A DNA stretch of 63,988 nt, the filler included, from Octopus bimaculoides (lineage: Eukaryota), in NCBI RefSeq assembly GCF_001194135.2. It is 10 parts of 8 records of this genome, joined end to end, with 100 filler letters (N's around TTAATTAATTAA, not from the genome) between each part and the next. Parts side by side here need not be neighbours in the genome. Positions count along the whole stretch, not along the records: positions 62,949 to 63,988 come from NW_026412855.1; 9 more parts are not named here. One strand, given 5' to 3'. A model generated the notes under the pieces. It worked only from the letters and a program-made list of their open reading frames with translations. It was not told the DNA's origin and did no database searches. Made by a program: the position numbers and the translations under genes. This document shows positions 63,043 to 63,988 of the stretch, one piece after another. Positions within the stretch are counted from its first letter, which is position 1, and each line of letters begins with the position of its first letter.

Positions 63043-63988
63043 AAGAAGAAGAAGAAGAAGAAGAAGAAAAGGTATGAGAAGAAGAAGTAGAAGATGAAGA
63101 AGTAGAAGATGAAGAAGAAGAACAACAACAAAGAGAAGAAGAAGAAAAAGGAACAAGAAGACGAAAAAGGAGAAAAAGAAAATGAAGAAGAAGAAGAAGA
63201 AGAAGAAAGCGCAGAAAATAAGAAGAAGAAAATGAAGAAGAAGAAGAAAAAGAAGAAGAAGAAGAAGAAGAAGAAGAAGAAGAAGAAGAAGAAGAAGAAG
63301 GAGGAGGAGGAAGAGAAGGGAGGGGAGGAGGAGGAGGAGGAGAAAAAAAATAAGAAGAAGAAGAAGAAGGATAGAAGGACATGCAGGAGAAGATGAAAAA
63401 CGTTGCTTAACAAAAAGACACCTAATGAGAAGAAGAAGAACAAGAGGAAAAAGAAGAAAAAGAAGAAGAGGTAGAAGAAGAAGAAGAAGAAGAAAAAGAA
63501 GAAGAAGAAGAAGGAGAGGAAGAAGAAAAAGAAGTAAAAGAAGAAGACGACGACGACGACGAAGAAGAAGAAGAAGAAGAAAAAGAAAAAGGAGAATAGG
63601 TAGAAGAAGAAGAAGAAGAAGAAGAAGAAGAAGAAGAAGAAGAAGAAAAAGAAGAAAAAGAAGAAAAAGAAGAAGAAAAAGAAGAAAAGAAGAACAAACA
63701 GGATGAGAAGAAATAGAAGATGAAGAAGAAGAACAACAACAAAGACAAGAAGAAAAAAGAAGAATAAGAAGAAAAACGAGAAGAAGAAGAAGAAGAAGAA
63801 GAAGAAGAAGAAGAAGAAGAAGAAGAAGAAGAAGAAGAAAAAGAAGCAGAAGAAATAGAAGGAGAAGAAGCAGAAGAAGAAGAAGAAGAAGAAGAAGAAG
63901 AAAAAGAAAAGGAAAAAGAAGAAGAAGAAGAAGAAGAAGACGGCGACGACGACGACGACGACGAAGAAGAAGAAGAAGAAGAAGAAGA
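62949..63988. repeat. Compound (AAT)n to (GAA)n degenerate array, more than 1 kb, running off the window end
   Basis: Nearly pure purine + strand. Confidence 0.9.

Noticed and set aside
63109-63748. Poly-K/E/R ORFs
   Set aside because: Translations of the GAA array with no splice or homology evidence.

Overview
AT-rich, microsatellite- and retroposon-dense animal DNA with many N gaps. The SINE, LINE and microsatellite content suggests a cephalopod, most likely an Octopus draft assembly; this is inference. Two host genes are partly visible, head-to-head about 6.9 kb apart. On the - strand is a 2067-nt first coding exon (21010-23076) of a taperin/phostensin (TPRN/PPP1R18)-family protein, with a possible downstream exon at 11509-12322. 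On the + strand is the first coding exon (30012-30404) of a tektin-like CCDC105/TEKTL1 homologue. The rest is mostly decayed mobile DNA: several tRNA-derived SINE families, RTE, CR1, Tx1/L1 and R4/Dong LINE fragments, a Penelope-like fragment, mariner/Tc1/maT transposons, a hAT MITE and a Helentron-like element. The most notable unannotated signal is a set of minimal type I hammerhead ribozyme motifs (CUGAUGA...GAAA with a palindromic helix III). Three well-formed copies (3641-3685 +, 16929-16986 -, 44483-44525 +) sit inside three dissimilar inverted-repeat elements, and two decayed copies also occur. The 16.9 kb copy is on the sense strand of the taperin-like intron, within a 184-bp near-perfect foldback whose other arm has lost the ribozyme's 3' half. 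Family assignments and folds were made by eye; no searches or folding programs were run.
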